DNA of 61,613 bases, the filler included, from Choristocarpus tenellus KU-1152 (Eukaryota; Protista; Phaeophyceae), in NCBI GenBank assembly GCA_964200185.2. It is 9 parts of 9 records of this genome, joined end to end, with 100 filler letters (N's around TTAATTAATTAA, not from the genome) between each part and the next. Parts side by side here need not be neighbours in the genome. Positions count along the whole stretch, not along the records: positions 1 to 13,613 come from CAXNAD020001434.1; 8 more parts are not named here. One strand, 5' to 3'. Shown here piece by piece: positions 1 through 13,713 of this stretch (positions are counted from its first letter, which is position 1; each line of letters starts with the position of its first letter). Both the position numbers and the translations under genes were made by a program. The notes beneath the pieces were generated by a model. That model worked only from the letters and a program-made list of their open reading frames with translations. It ran no database searches and was not told where the DNA came from.

Positions 1-48
1 AAAAAAAAAGAAAAGAAAGAAAGAAGAAAAAAAGAGAGCAAAAAAAAA

Positions 49-80
<32 letters not shown>

Positions 81-166
81 GAACAACAAATGGCAAGTGG
101 GCGGTGATGGGCCGAAACCACCCCCACAAGTACAAGGACCTCTTCAACACCCCCAAAACACCATAC

Positions 167-1868
167 CTGGCGCCCGCGTTCATGTATCCAAACGGCCCTT
201 GATGGGGTGTAGTCCAGGGAAATCATGTGGCTCATGTCAAAGGAAACCACGTCGTAAAACTTTATGGTTTTATCCATTGAAGTGGTGCACAGGCGCTGCC
301 CATCGGGCGACGCCTTCCATGTGGCGCACCGGAATAAGTTGAGCGGGAGGGTTGACGCATTGTCAGCCTAGACTAGTGTGGCAAAGGTCTACACTCCAGA
401 TGGTGCACTCAACTATTTGCAAATCTTGTGACTAGTAGTAGTTACGACGATTGCGTTGCATCCGACTATCCTCTCTTGCCATGACACGTACACGGCGTAC
501 AGGAAGAGAACAAGAGGTCTTGTTCTTGTGGCCAAAATCATAAACCTGATAATAGGTTGTGTACCACAAAATTACATATCCTGCAGAGAAGAACAAAAAA
601 AGACTGGTGGGGAAAAGCTAGTGTCATCCAAGCACGAGCCTGGAACCCAGATTATCCTGGCGCTTAAGGTCGTTGTGAGGATGAAACGACCATCTATTGT
701 ATAACGGCTCTGGAGGAGGGATAATTGATGGCTGTCGATGGTCATGTTACATACAGGTAAGGAGTGTTGAGATGTGTCCTTAGCAATAAATGCACGCTCA
801 CAGCTAAATTCAACCCGAGAATATCACTACACTCTTTGTTAGACAAGCGCCTTCAACTTGCACTGCCAACCCCCTTGGAGATTGGCAATGAGAGGGTGAC
901 TAGGAGGGATGGGGCATTAATGAAGTTGAACAGAAGGAGAGACCAAGTGAGTTGAAATGCTATTGTGTTTTATGGATTGTAGTTTATCTCCCCTCCCCCG
1001 TTCCCTCACTCAATTGCTCGTCTCTTTCCTACTTTAAATCTCCTCTTTGCTTACCACAAGGTCGTTGATGGGCTCCAGGTGCGAATGGTAATGCTTCACA
1101 AACTCTACTCTCTCTGGCATCTTCTTCCAGAACTTGACGTGTCCATCCACGCTGGCAGTCACCAGGAAATCCGTCCCGCAAGGCGTCATGACTGCGTGTG
1201 TCACCACATCTCGGTGCATGAAGCTCTGCTCGTACATCTCCGAGCTGGGGAGGGCGTCCAAGTACGCCTGTTGGCGTGGGTAGTAATGGACCAGATCGTG
1301 GGTGTATCGGTGGTATTGGGGTGTGTATGACTAGGTGAGTTAAGTTGTTGGGTATTCCTAGCGATAAATGGTTGGATGATGGGAGGGTCAGGGCTATGAT
1401 CTTGGTAGATGAGGCGGTGGATTAAAAAGGAAGTCGTGTGTCCTCCCTGCAGTCTCAGTGGAAGGGACAAGGTGTTAAGGACGAAATGCGGTATGTTAGG
1501 GATGCAAAGAGGTTAGGTTGCTGGAAAGGCAACTCTCCAACTCCTGCAACTCTATCAATGCAACTCCAGATAGCATTCGATATTTTCAGTCAGGTTCCAA
1601 TACCTTGATGGGGAAAGTGGGTCACAGTCGAATACTCGCTGACCTTCTCATGAGCAAGTCGGCGTTTCTTCTTTCGCTTCGTGGCTGCCCGCCTTGGTGG
1701 GCCAGCCTCATCTGTGTCAGAGTCTTCGGCACCCTGTCCCGGGGCTGCCGGTTTGGGACCCACATCATCATCAGATGAAGATGAATCATCACCATCCTCC
1801 TCGTCGGCAACAGTTTTTCGCTTTCCCTTAAGGGGAGCAGCCACGGCGTTCTCTTCTTGGGTGGGCAT
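167..1868 (-). CDS. PPWD1: Peptidylprolyl isomerase domain and WD repeat-containing protein 1, 5' part (exons 1868-1644, 1267-1055, 313-167; continues out of window)
   Basis: Three phase-0 GT-AG exons splice to an acidic/basic N-terminus, then [24 protein letters not shown]...[16 protein letters not shown]...EFVKHY, then [37 protein letters not shown], the recognisable PPWD1/CYP71 WD40 N-terminus. Confidence 0.93.
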
Positions 1869-2201
1869 TGCTTGCAAAGGTATCCTTTCTTGGCCCTTAT
1901 TTGACAATCGTATACAACGTAGTTTATATCTTCAAGCCAAAATAGAAACAATCATAGGCAAGAGAATGCAAAGAATATCTTGAGAATATGTTTGACTGGT
2001 GTGTAGGAGAAAGGACTCTACAACCGTAGTCTAGGTTAGTGAAGACAATTTCGATGCCTATAAAGATGATCTTCTCATTAGGTTTATTAGGAACCTCATA
2101 GGCCTTCCCAATGTTTGGAAACGTACTAGATGGACTACACTATTAGTAGAGAATGGTATTCAAATCAAACGACCTAGTCATGGGCAGGAATCAACAAAGT
2201 C

Positions 2202-4783
2202 ATGACCTCAGACAAGCAAAATGCCAACCCCACCATCTACTCGGCGGTGAAATCTAGAAAGGCAAGATGCTCTCTCCATCATGGGTTTGCCAGTCACCCT
2301 ATTCGTTATGTCTGATGCAGAGTCAACTTGACTTTCCCACATCCCAATCTCTTTGCTCGAATGCTCGAAGAGCCAGGATGTTCGATATCTGGACAATGAT
2401 GTTAACGGGAGGGAATCGATAGATGTCGAAGAGGTGTTTGAGCTCATTCGCCACATCAACGATCCAGAGCACCCCCTCACTCTGGAGCAGCTCAAGGTCG
2501 CTACCGTGAGTTGTGGTGTTACTATTGTGTCTTTTGGGAAGCTCCTTGTCCCACCAAATATCGGATGGATCAGAATGGAAAACACGTACTAAAATTGGAT
2601 AGTTTGTAACGCGATGATGATCTCTTTATTACCACATAATGACTTAACCAAGGATACACGGCTGACAATTGGTAGGCATCTGTTGTTTGGTGTTGGTGGT
2701 TATGTCTATGGTGGAGGGTAAAGATAATCTGACTTGCTATCCAAATATGCCCGATGCGTGTTAAATATTCCAACGTACTTTGCTTCCATTCTGCCACAGG
2801 CGAGTAATATCTCTGTGGATGATTCTACGAGCACCGTGAACGTTCGTTTCACACCTACCATACCGCACTGCAGGTCCGTTCCAAGCTCTTCCCAAATGAC
2901 CTTTAATCGTTTGTCTCTATTTGGATTCATTTCCGAGATCATTGGTTTAAGTTTTGAGTTAAGTCAAATTAAGGTATTGATTAGTTTGACCTCGGCCATG
3001 CCAGTTGACCCCTCCTGACCAAACATCCTTGTGGCATGGGGCATAATCCCTAGTATGGCCACGCTCATTGGTCTGTGCATTCGTGTCAAGCTTCTGCGAT
3101 CACTGCCCACGCGTTTCAAAGTAAAAGTCGAGATCACTCCCGGCAGCCACACTTCCGAGTTTGCAGGTGAGAGCAACATGTATTGCATGCCGTTGCTGAG
3201 AGCAATGGATTTACTCCAATATTTTCGGTCGGCCGTTTCACTTCAACAGCGTTAAAATGAAGAAGGCTACATGTGTTTTGTGCAAAACTTGCCTACCACT
3301 TAAGGAGTAGTGCATCAGCATGATGCTTTATATTTCCATTTCCTTAACTCTGAAATACTCTGAACTTTGACACTAGACAATGAACTTTTTTTAATGTTAC
3401 CATCTGCCTCTTAGGGGAGAGCTTCAATCCTGGGGCAGCAACAATTACTACAAACTTAACCCCACAGCAAGTGCAAGCTACAAATGTGTCCGCATTAGTC
3501 ACTGCAGTAACCACCAAACGGTGTCTGATAGTTCCTTATCCTTTCCTCAGGGTACAAGTCAAACGCCAGTAGTTTTTTGCCCCTATTTATCATACTCACC
3601 GATCATGCACTAATACACAAGCGATGGATAACAGAGCACTTTGCACGGATGCCCCACACCAGAAGAGAGGGCATCTTCTCCTTTCGTAGTCGCCCAAGTG
3701 ATGTTGGGTTAGAAGTCCCTCTCACCTCATGCACTTACCATTTTGTAGTAGTTGCAGTCAATGATGCTGCTTTGTTCCGATATTCCACAAAGCTGTAGTG
3801 TGTGGTTGGAGGTCTGAAGATGCACATCAAACTGATCGTTCATGTATGCAAATGCGTCATTGTCATCTTGAAAAACAGTATGCCGCGTGGTAGATGTCCC
3901 TGAAAGACATGATAGTTGTGGTTCAGTTTCTACAACTAAGGACATTTACCGTCTTGACTTGGCTGATGCCTGTGTGGCTCTATACGCTATGAAAATGGGA
4001 TATTTCGGGGCAGTACCTTTTTTTGCAACTTGTTCATAAAGATCAGTCTACTATTTTATTGAGCAAGAAGGGGTCACACAATGAGATATTTTACTGTCAC
4101 TGATCTGTGTTTTTTTTATATATAGGCATGCTTACCCATACCTTGGGTGTCTACAGGTTGGCTGTGCAACCTGGGACAAATGTGTAATGGGGTAGTACCC
4201 GGGGAAATGGCTGTGTACCTCAGCACCCAATGTCTGTTGAGTGGACCTCTTCCGATATGGTAATTTGAAATACTGTTCTGCATTCTTTGAAATACAATGA
4301 TGTGAAATATGCATTAAAATATATAGTTGCTTGGAATGAAGAATTTAGTTTTTGGTTTACAAGGATTCCGAAGAATATACTATGTGCTATCTTGCTTTCA
4401 GCCTGTACAAGCTACTCAATGCCTTGAATAGAAGCGCTGGGTATGAGGCCTGAGACCCTTGATGTGAGGTATTCAGGGCTTGTTGAAAAGGGATACTGTA
4501 TTCCAGGCAAAAACGACAATATGGCATGTGCATGAGATTGGAAGCACTTCTCAACAGCTATATCCCTCACCCTATGCACCCCCATATTTTGCCACAACAT
4601 TGAATTGTTTGATTGTGTTTTGTTTTTCTTGAGTGACAACACACATGAGGCTGCTCTCCCACTGCCTTTCTGAACCCCGCAGTGAACAAGCAGCTCAATG
4701 ACAAGGAAAGAGTGGCTGCTGCCTTAGAAAATTCTCATCTAATTGCTGTGGTCAACAAGTGCATTGCACACTCAGATTTGTAA
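2202..4783 (+). CDS. CIAO2B: Cytosolic Fe-S assembly component CIA2B / MIP18 / FAM96B / AE7 family, complete, 5 exons
   Basis: [71 protein letters not shown], and last exon 4683-4783 [17 protein letters not shown] ending TAA. Splice phases are consistent; the first donor is ambiguous (GT at 2247 or GC at 2262). Confidence 0.95.
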
Positions 4784-5839
4784 GCGCAAATATTTGTGAC
4801 TAGTGTGCACGTGGTTGTCAGCCTGAGGAGGACCACCAGGTGGTGTGTATACACCAATGTAGATAGAGATCTCCCTTGTAAGTTGGTAACTAGCCCAAAA
4901 GGATAGCCAGTTTTAATTCAATGTACGGCGGGGGGTTCCAAGGTGTCTAGGAAGTTTTTCTGCACCTGCTGCATCAAGCTCTGAGTTTGTGAGAGCTTTG
5001 GAGGTTGCCATTGGTTTAAGCCCTACTGTCTGAACTATGCCAAATGGAACACTGTTGGTGATGACATCAATCGGCTACCACTCCACTGATACAAATGAAT
5101 GTTGACTTGTTAAGTCTATAAATCTAGGCTGCCTCGAAGTGACACATAGCAGGTACATGTATATCTGCACCATGGTAGGCGATGGAAGAATAATCTTGAG
5201 CATGTATTCTGCATGTCAGTACAAGTGTGTTGCTAGGTTGTACTGTTTTCATTGCAGTCGTATTGTAGTTCTAACAGTGCTATCGCAAGACAGACAACAG
5301 TGGTATTGTGTAGAGGTCTGAAACTGGTACATCGTGAGAGTGATTCTCATGCTCTATTTTGAATTGATTGTCAAAGTTGTGAAAAGTTGTCGTGGGTAGC
5401 AAGCATTGAATTGAGAGACAGAACCCCCCTCACATGAAACAAGGGGATATGCTTACATTGTTAGGTGGTATGTCGTGATACACCCAACCACTTTCTTGGT
5501 ACTCGAAAGATCTGCAATGCATGTCACACACCGTTGGTTTGACCTTCCAGTCAGTGAGGGTTGAGCAGAAATCTGAAGAACTGGGGTTGCAATTTATTGT
5601 GTGGCACAGTAAGACCACCCATGAAACCATTGGCAGTATGTATCATAACATCATATCACTCCACCGACCAACAATGTCCTTGATGAGCATGGAAATGTAA
5701 AACCTTGTATGCGTTTTGTTTTTCTGTCTCCCAAGTGCTCGGGTGGAAAGAGTATGAAAGTTTAATTACTCTATCCGCCCTATTTTAACGAGGAACACAA
5801 CGGTCGCCATCCCACACATTAATCATTCGTGCCGTAGAA

Positions 5840-6212
5840 GATTCTTTTGGAGAGGTACCTCTCACATTTACGACACAAGTTCTTCTACGATTGGTTTGGT
5901 TTTTTCCCTGACACAAGTGCAAAATGTCCAATATGTCCCTCATTTTAATCTGGAGACACCAGGGAGATGGGCAAGGAGGAGCTTTTTAGATTCTTGGGAT
6001 GCTTCCCTAGCGCCTCACTCTGGGGTTCAGGAGCTAGGTTGGAGGCACAGGAAAACAGTGGTACACCATAGGTGGTAATAAAATAGTAAATTGATCATGT
6101 CTTTCACATTTATGATAATTGTTGCTCAGGGTGTTTTTCTGACATACGAATAGTTTTCATTGTTTTTTTCGGACACATCTCTATATAATGTGAGGCCTTA
6201 ATAATATATATA
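5840..6212 (+). mobile_element. Non-LTR retrotransposon 3' fragments (family C), two adjacent partial copies; boundaries approximate
   Basis: CTGGAGACACCAGGGAGATGGGCAAGGAGG...TTAGATTCTTGGGATGCTTCCCTA closely matches 53287-53345 and ends in an AT-rich tail. Confidence 0.7.
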
Positions 6213-6680
6213 TATATATACTTCATTATTTTTGGTCATTTATCATGGAAAAAGTTGAACGTTTATCACAAAGATCCCTATAAAATACATGTTCCATAGT
6301 AGCAGTGAAAATATATTTTAAAAAAAGGTACAATATATGTGTACTTATTTGAATGTAATTATAGTGATAGTGGAATATAGTGATACATGTTAGTATACGT
6401 GATGTTTGGATGTGGTGATACGCATGTCGACACATCCCATTGGTCAAGGAATTCAGGATCCCAAAAAGTACTCGTTTCACAAACTCGTACAAAATACTAC
6501 AAACATTTGACCAGACTTCATTTTTGCAACAATGGTATCCTATACCAGTGAGGAACAATCGATGAGTTGAGAAATTGAATGCGTGGCAGGCTCAACCCTT
6601 CCATTCGTCTGTCCTGAAACTTTCGATAGGATCTTAACAGGATAGGAGGCAGAGAGAGAGAAAGAGAACAAACAGGAAGG

Positions 6681-9600
6681 ATGAACCGCAGGGAAATGAC
6701 GAATGAGGAAACTCCCTTGATTTCTATGTCAACGTGGAAGAGAGATGGAGACCCCTCTAAGTGCTCATCTCATGGCAAAAGCGATTCCTTGTGCTGTTGT
6801 GGCACCAAAACTCCATTTTATAGGGGTAGTCGTACCCCCATTAAAAATGTCGACCTCCTGAATATTTACTCTCTACCCTCCTTGGCGATTTTGATGAGTT
6901 ACTTTTGTGTTGGTGTAGTGTTGCAGCTTCTCTCCACACCCGTTGCCTACTACCTCATAGACAACCTTGGAGCTAGCAGTGGTGTGTACACCACATATTA
7001 CGTGTTGACTACGCTACCGTGGAGTTTCAAGGTCCTCTACGGCCTTCTGTCTGATTGCGTGCCCTTATGGGGCTTGAAACGCAAGCCTTACTTCGTGATT
7101 GGGTGGTTGATTCACATTTTGGCTAATTTATGCCTAGCACTGGTCGGTACACCCGGAGTGCAGCTGACAATCGCTTTGTCGTTCTTCAGTGCATGTGGGT
7201 ACCTGCTTAGCGACGTCATGACCGATGCAATCGTTGTGGAGAGGTGAGGTCACCTCTCTTTCGCCAACATCGTTGTGCTCGTGCCCAAATTTCCCGACCA
7301 ACAGCCGTCATTCTCACCACTCATGGCTCACTGATGCAAGCATTGCATTCCTTGCTTATATTTTTATCCTTACGTGACAGCTAAATCAAGGTTTCCAGTC
7401 GTAATGTAGCTGATACTGTACGTAGAAGGTCACGAAAAAGATCATTCTTGCTACCACTGTATGCACACATCTCATGCCTCTCCCCCCACCCTTACCCCGT
7501 AATAAACTTACCAACGCAGGACGAAGTTGGAGAAGGGGCGCCAGTTAGGAAATATACAGGCTAGTGGATACATTGCCCGATTTGTGGGTTCTGCCCTCGG
7601 AGCGACTGCTGGGGCAGTCCTCTACGACGACAGTTCATGGGGCTGGGGACTTTCCATATCACAGCTCTTCTGGATGAACGGGCTCATTCCACTGTTTGCT
7701 GTCCTACCATTCACGCCCTTCCTTTATGAAGAGAGGAGACCTTCGGGAGACCCCCTCAAGAAGCACCTGTTGGAGATCTGGACACTGTCGAAAAAGTTGG
7801 CAGTGTGGCGCCCGATGGCGTTTGTGTACATTTACAATGCCATGTTGGTGAGTCGAGAGCACAATAGAGCTGTTGTTGTGTAGTTATATTATTCAAAGAA
7901 TACGGCCTTATCCTCTCCTACATAGTGTGTGTCGTAGCAGTGCTGAGCAGATTTTGCAAAGCCTACCATACTATCGTCACTGTCAGAGCACTCTTAGAAC
8001 GTCTGGGTTGCTTTTACTGAAGCATCTCCCACTTCTCATCTCTCTCCTTTTGCTTTCGGAAGATTCCAAATGCTGCATGGACTAACTACCTGGTGGAGAC
8101 ATTATCATTCTCTGAATTTGAGATAGGAGTGATCAACATTGGGGCTCAGGCAAGCAAGCTAAGGGAGAGCATTGGGGGATGGAGGTGGCTATGGGGGGGG
8201 GATGCAGTTAGTGACACATGGTGGACGAAACTGGTCTGAACCAGTTAGCTGACAGTGTCTGGTTCCCAGTTATTGACAGGGGAGATATATGTGTGTATCA
8301 TAACTGAGTCCTATGAAGGAAGACAAGCATGCAGGTTACACACGCAGTTAGGGAAGAATGCATGAAATATTCCGGAATACATGCAATTATGTTGAACCTC
8401 TTATCATCTCATAGACTCTGATCTCACATGTCTCTGTCCTGATCCTATATCCCTACCTGTGTGACCTCCAATCCTTATCTCCTCAAGACCTCTGCACATG
8501 AAAACTAGCCAAGGAGTTGTGACTACCCTCATTTGATCCCAGGCATGACATAATACTGCTACGTATTTTTTGTTGCAGCATGCATAAAAAATTGAACACT
8601 AGTGCAGTTGCATCCACTGTCAACAGGTCTTCTCATGGATGGGCCTGGTCATGTACAAGTGGTGCATGACAAACATGAATTGGAGGGACGTTTATATTCT
8701 TACAACCATCGTAGGGGTAAGATCGGTAACACTGTTTTCTGCCACTTTAGTTCTTGGGGGAAGGTTGGAGATGCAAAAAACCAAGTCTTTTCGGCTCATG
8801 TTGGGCATCCTTCTGTCTCTTTGCATGTAGCGACGCTGTCCGTGTTTATCTGTGGCATGGTTAAGAGGCAGTAAGGGATGAGCAAAGCATTGTTTATGTT
8901 GCACAAGCCTTGGGTGTCTTCCATGGCTTGCCTAAGAGGTGGAGACTTGTGGCTTATTGTGCTGCTTGGTCCACCTGCATCGCTGCAGTTGTTGGAACAT
9001 AATTTCCTAGCAGAACATGGTCAGACCTGACTGGCTTGTAGTCTTCCTGTGCCATCTCCATACTCTCATAGAAGAAGTTTTCGCTGCAACCCTTGGTCCA
9101 TTTGGCAATCTCTGATATTCTCATAGCAATTACTCCACTTCACTCTTCATTCTTGTGGTCTTTATTTTTCCCTGATGTGTCTGTGTAGGCTATCTTTTCT
9201 ACAACACAGTTGATGCTGCTCTTCAGGATAAACAAGTCACTAGGCATACCTGACGTCGTGTTTGCTACTGGGGATGAGGGTGCAGTTGACTTTGCTATAG
9301 CGTTGCAGTTCTTGCCCTTGACACGCATGTGAGTAACCCTCTTGACCCTAACCCTATTATACAAGTCTTGATACCATAGCCCCCTATGCAGTGAGTGTAC
9401 TGCTGACAGGGCAGCACACCTTACAACTGTTTGCTGTGGATACAGACATGTGCACACCACTTTTTCCTAGTGTGACTTGCTCCTTTGTGCTACAAAATAC
9501 TGAAGTATGATCCAACACTCACTTTCGAGTTGTCTCTTTGTATGGAAAATGGAATGCCAGGTATGCTGTGATGTGCCCCATGGGGACTGAAGGGACAAGC

Positions 9601-10714
9601 TATGCCCTACTCACTACAGTGTCCAATCTGGCCGAAGGTGTGGCCTATTCAATCGGAGACATGCTTACAGGTGAACACATCCTACCTACTCTTCCATTGT
9701 AATACCTCTGGTGCTTCAACACTGGTGGCTCAGGGCAGTGGTACAGGCTGTGTGTGACTCTGCTCACACTACATAGTACTTGAATATGATCTAGGTTGGG
9801 GGTGAGGAGACACTTAGGCATGAAGGAATGCAAATATACAACTGGCAAGATATATAAGAACTTGATACCAATCCTGCAGTTTTGTTCATCCTAGGGCAAA
9901 TATGAAGTAACTATCGAAATCTAAGTTGATCTGGAAGTAGACCATGAAGGAGATTTCTGCAACCCCGACTTTTTTGGTGCATTGTCCATGTACTTACCCA
10001 TTGGTTGATGCCATGGTTCTTTCCTGTGAAGAGCTGGGAGGGTCATGGAATGTGAGCAATAGCGTTCTGATTGCAGGAGATATCTCAGGAATGTGGAGGC
10101 TGACTCTCCTCACAAGTTTGATCCAGGTGTGTATGTGTGTGTGTTGAAGGTGTGGCTACCAAAGTGTTGGCCTGGATCATTGAGTAGATGTAGAAAAGTA
10201 GATGAAAAACGTTTCTTGTGTGGAATGACCTAGAGCTAGACAGTGTGGAACTGTATGATGATGTTGTACTACAAATAATGTACTGGGCAGTCCTGCTCTA
10301 ATTCTTCTGGTTCAACAATATGAAGCCCCAATGTTGACCTCTGCAAGCAGTGACAAGTATATTATGAGCAGCAGAGAGCTCCATGTGTACCTCCAAGGGT
10401 AAGAACGGATTGATCATTCAGCATTAACGTGTGCGTCTTGTGAAGTATGCTCAATACCTCTTTTGCAGCACATACTGATGCATAACTCGCTGCCTTCCCA
10501 TCTGCCCGCCCACCCCTCTGGCACACTGCCAATTGCTTAGGTTGTGCCATTAGGTCTGATTAAATTGCTACCGTCAAGCATGCAGCAACAAAAGGCCTGG
10601 CAAGAGTCTAGCGATAGTAACAAGTGGGGGGGAAGTATCTTTTTGGCAGTGACCATGGGGTCCATTCTGTTCACACTGGGGCAAGGGATTTGGGAGCTGG
10701 TCTATGGATCATGA
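6681..10714 (+). CDS. Folate-biopterin transporter (BT1 family, MFS), complete, about 8 exons
   Basis: LPWSFKVLYGLLSDCVPLWGLKRKPYFVIGW, LSDVMTDAIVVER, GNIQASGY, VWRPMAFVYIYN, IPNAAW, AVMCPMGTEGTSYALLTTVSN motifs. Phase-consistent exons run to TGA at 10712-10714. Confidence 0.9.
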
Positions 10715-12127
10715 TGAGGTCAGGAAGGACAGATATCAATGTAGAGGAAATAGACAGGGCTGGATGGGGCTGATGGATCTAGCATAGGTCAGCCATACTA
10801 CAACTCCACATTCATCCGCCTGTGTGTAAGTCCACAGTTCTACTTTTTCTTCCTATGTCCTTTGTTCTATGCTTTGCAACCCTGGTGACCCGTTACAGCA
10901 CTGGACATGGTGTTACGCCTTTTGTCACCCGTACCTTTTATCAGCAGAGCCCTGAGGTAGACAATATCTTAGTTGCAATAGCATTTATATACTCAGTGAT
11001 TCAGCCCTCTCATATGTGGTGAAGTTCCATTTTTATGTTCTTCTAGGGTCAATTAGGTTGTGCCTATCTGATATCTATAGTGGTGTCAGTATCAACCACA
11101 TTTTGTTTAGGTGCTTGGGTCTGATTGCAACTATTATTTAGTTCAATTGTTCACCCATTGAAATGGTATTTCCCCTTTCTCTCCTTCTTGCAGTTTAGTC
11201 TTGCTACTACTGGTTGAAAAATCGATCCCCTATGTGGACTAAGCCATGATGGAACTAGCCTTTTTTTCCTGCCAGTTGCATCACAAGATCGGTCAGATTC
11301 CTGTCCCTCCAGGAGGCACACAGTTTGTTTATGTTACGTGAATGGAATGCCCCTCAAGAGCCACTTGAATTGATAGGTTTGGGGAATGGGTTGGGTTGGG
11401 TAATACAAGATCAAGTATCGTGTATTGACTTGTGAACACGCACCAGTGGGCCCTGCACAGGGCAGAAGAGGAGCAGCCTGAGCAAGGGCTAACATGGTGC
11501 CACCCTGGACACTTGCTTAAACAGCAAGCTCTGACATTGCTGGTCAACATCTTTTGCAGTACAATGATAACTCCTTTTACCTCCAGATGTTCATCTAACA
11601 ATTGAGTTTTCTGTCTTTTATTTTATGCCACAGAAGATGTCACCGGAGGGTTCTGGGAAATAAAGTTGGGAGGATTGGCATTGCATGACAAACATCTTGG
11701 CAGGACTCTTGCATGCAAATTAGACAGGCTTGCTCGTGTCTTGCAAGGAATGCAGTAGATTCAATGGGTCTTGAAATTGATATCCTTTGTGCATCTCCAA
11801 CACTCTCCTGGGAGATTGACTGTAGACACACGAGTATTCTCAAGATATAGTGTTTTTTGACCGCGCGCATGTACGAGGAGAAAATCCCAAGATTGAGTAA
11901 GTGGGCATGCTGGTCTTGTCCTCCTTATCATCACCACTCTATACATTGATGATCAGTCTTCCCCTGTATTATTTTCACTTGTATGTGTGTACGATAAGCT
12001 TCCTCTTCTCTACATCTATTTGTTCTTTGATTGTTGCAGTGCAATGTGTAAAGACACACGGGGTTGGTGTTCATCTATTGATAGTAGAGTTCTAATATTT
12101 GTCCATTTTAACATTGGACTCTGGACC

Positions 12128-13465
12128 TCAAACCCGACTCCCCCCAGACAGCAGCCAACAGGCTGCCAGTTCAGCATCCACACCATCCTCCCGACCCCAC
12201 CAGGCAGACATGTTGCCAATTGTATTGTTGTAGTGAGAAGTGATGACAGACTGCATCTTTTCATTCACCTCCGTGTAGTCCTTGTCGGAGAGCATCTGGT
12301 TACACAGTGCAGGTAGAAATTATGTATGGTTACACAGGTTATTTTTGCATTTTACCAGGAGGGTAATTTCTCATCTAGTTCATTGTGTTGCATTCAGAGG
12401 AGTAAGTGCTGGTATGTGTGGTGAGTAAGGAGGTTTGAATAGGCTTCAATTGAAACTTGTTGAGCATACTGAGTTACTTCCACATTGATCACAGGGTGGA
12501 AGTGTGTGCTGATTTTAGTACTATATACATCAGAAAGATATATTAGTAGTGTGTAATATTAGTGAACAAAATTCTACTAATAACTATTTTTTAACTGTGT
12601 GTCTTGCATAGTGTACTGAAGCCATCTGTTGGCGTATTTAAGTGTTCAGTGTTGGAAGGTAGCGTTGTGGGTAGTTCCCTACCAACGAGTGATCTCACAT
12701 TGCCATCCCTCTCACCTCAACCAGGAATCGAATTGCTCGGGCATAGGTCCTTGCGTTCCTACTCAAGAACGAACTCTCTCCCTGTTCCTCATCGTCATTG
12801 CCCCCTTCCTGATCTTGCTTCTTATTGCCACCCAGAGGAATGCTTTCAGCATTCTTGCCCCCCTTACCCATTTTTTCATCGCCAGATCCTCTGTTCACTC
12901 TCTCCCTTGTCCTGGACACCTCCCTCACATACTCTCCTTCATGTGACGACATGCTGGATCCCGAAGGAGATAAGCAGTTTTCTTGACGTAAGGTAAATCG
13001 ACGGTGTAATCCTCCCAAGGCACCATTGGCAAGGCCATGCTCTGTTGCTAGAACCACTGCCCTAGCTAGGAAACCCCGTGCCCTTCGTCTACACAATCTT
13101 AGTCCCACAGTCAGTTCCTGTAAGGATGCCCTGATTCGTCGAGAGTCAGGGGTTCGTGGATGAGAACCGTCATGGAGAAGAAGCACTACCCTGAGGATGG
13201 CGTGTTCCACTGGACCTATCCATGCCCCAACTCCAGCTGTCATTGCCCCCGCCCACTCCGCAGGTTGTTGAAGGAACGATGACCTGGGTTGTGTGGGGTG
13301 CCATGGCTGTGGAAAAAGACTGCCCTCCTCCTCGTTCCCTTGCTCTATTGATTGCTGCTCCTGATCTTTACTTTGGTCCAAAGATGTGTTTTTCTCCTCG
13401 TCGGTACAGGGGATCCAGTGGTGAAAGAGTAGGCGGCCAATAGAGTGAACTGCTACCAAACGGAC
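12128..13465 (-). CDS. Hypothetical protein, last two exons (13465-12716, 12295-12128); 5' part lost at contig end
   Basis: A 750-nt open exon bounded by CAG| and GAG|GTGAGA joins in phase 0 to a 56-codon terminal exon (MLSDKDYTEVNEK...WLLSGGSRV*). No family recognised. Confidence 0.6.
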
Positions 13466-13613
13466 CTGAGGGTTGGATTCTTAATTGTTTTGAAGGAGAG
13501 GGCATTATGAGGTGGAGGAACCCAAAGTATCTGTGTGGGGGGGGGGGGGGGGGGGGCGACCCCCGGGGGTCCGTTGGGGCCAAGCGGGGAAAGGGGCATT
13601 AACAACACACACC

Positions 13614-13713
13614 NNNNNNNNNNNNNNNNNNNNNNNNNNNNNNNNNNNNNNNNNNNNTTAATTAATTAANNNNNNNNNNNNNNNNNNNNNNNNNNNNNNN
13701 NNNNNNNNNNNNN
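13614..13713. other. Artificial scaffold spacer N44-TTAATTAATTAA-N44 (also 20296-20395, 26888-26987, 32413-32512, 41252-41351, 47761-47860, 51386-51485, 57389-57488)
   Basis: Eight identical 100-nt blocks; the linker places stop codons in all six frames. Confidence 0.98.

Noticed and set aside
13614-13713. Recurring TTAATTAATTAA palindrome flanked by Ns as a biological repeat
   Set aside because: Identical 100-nt construct at all eight gaps; an assembly linker.
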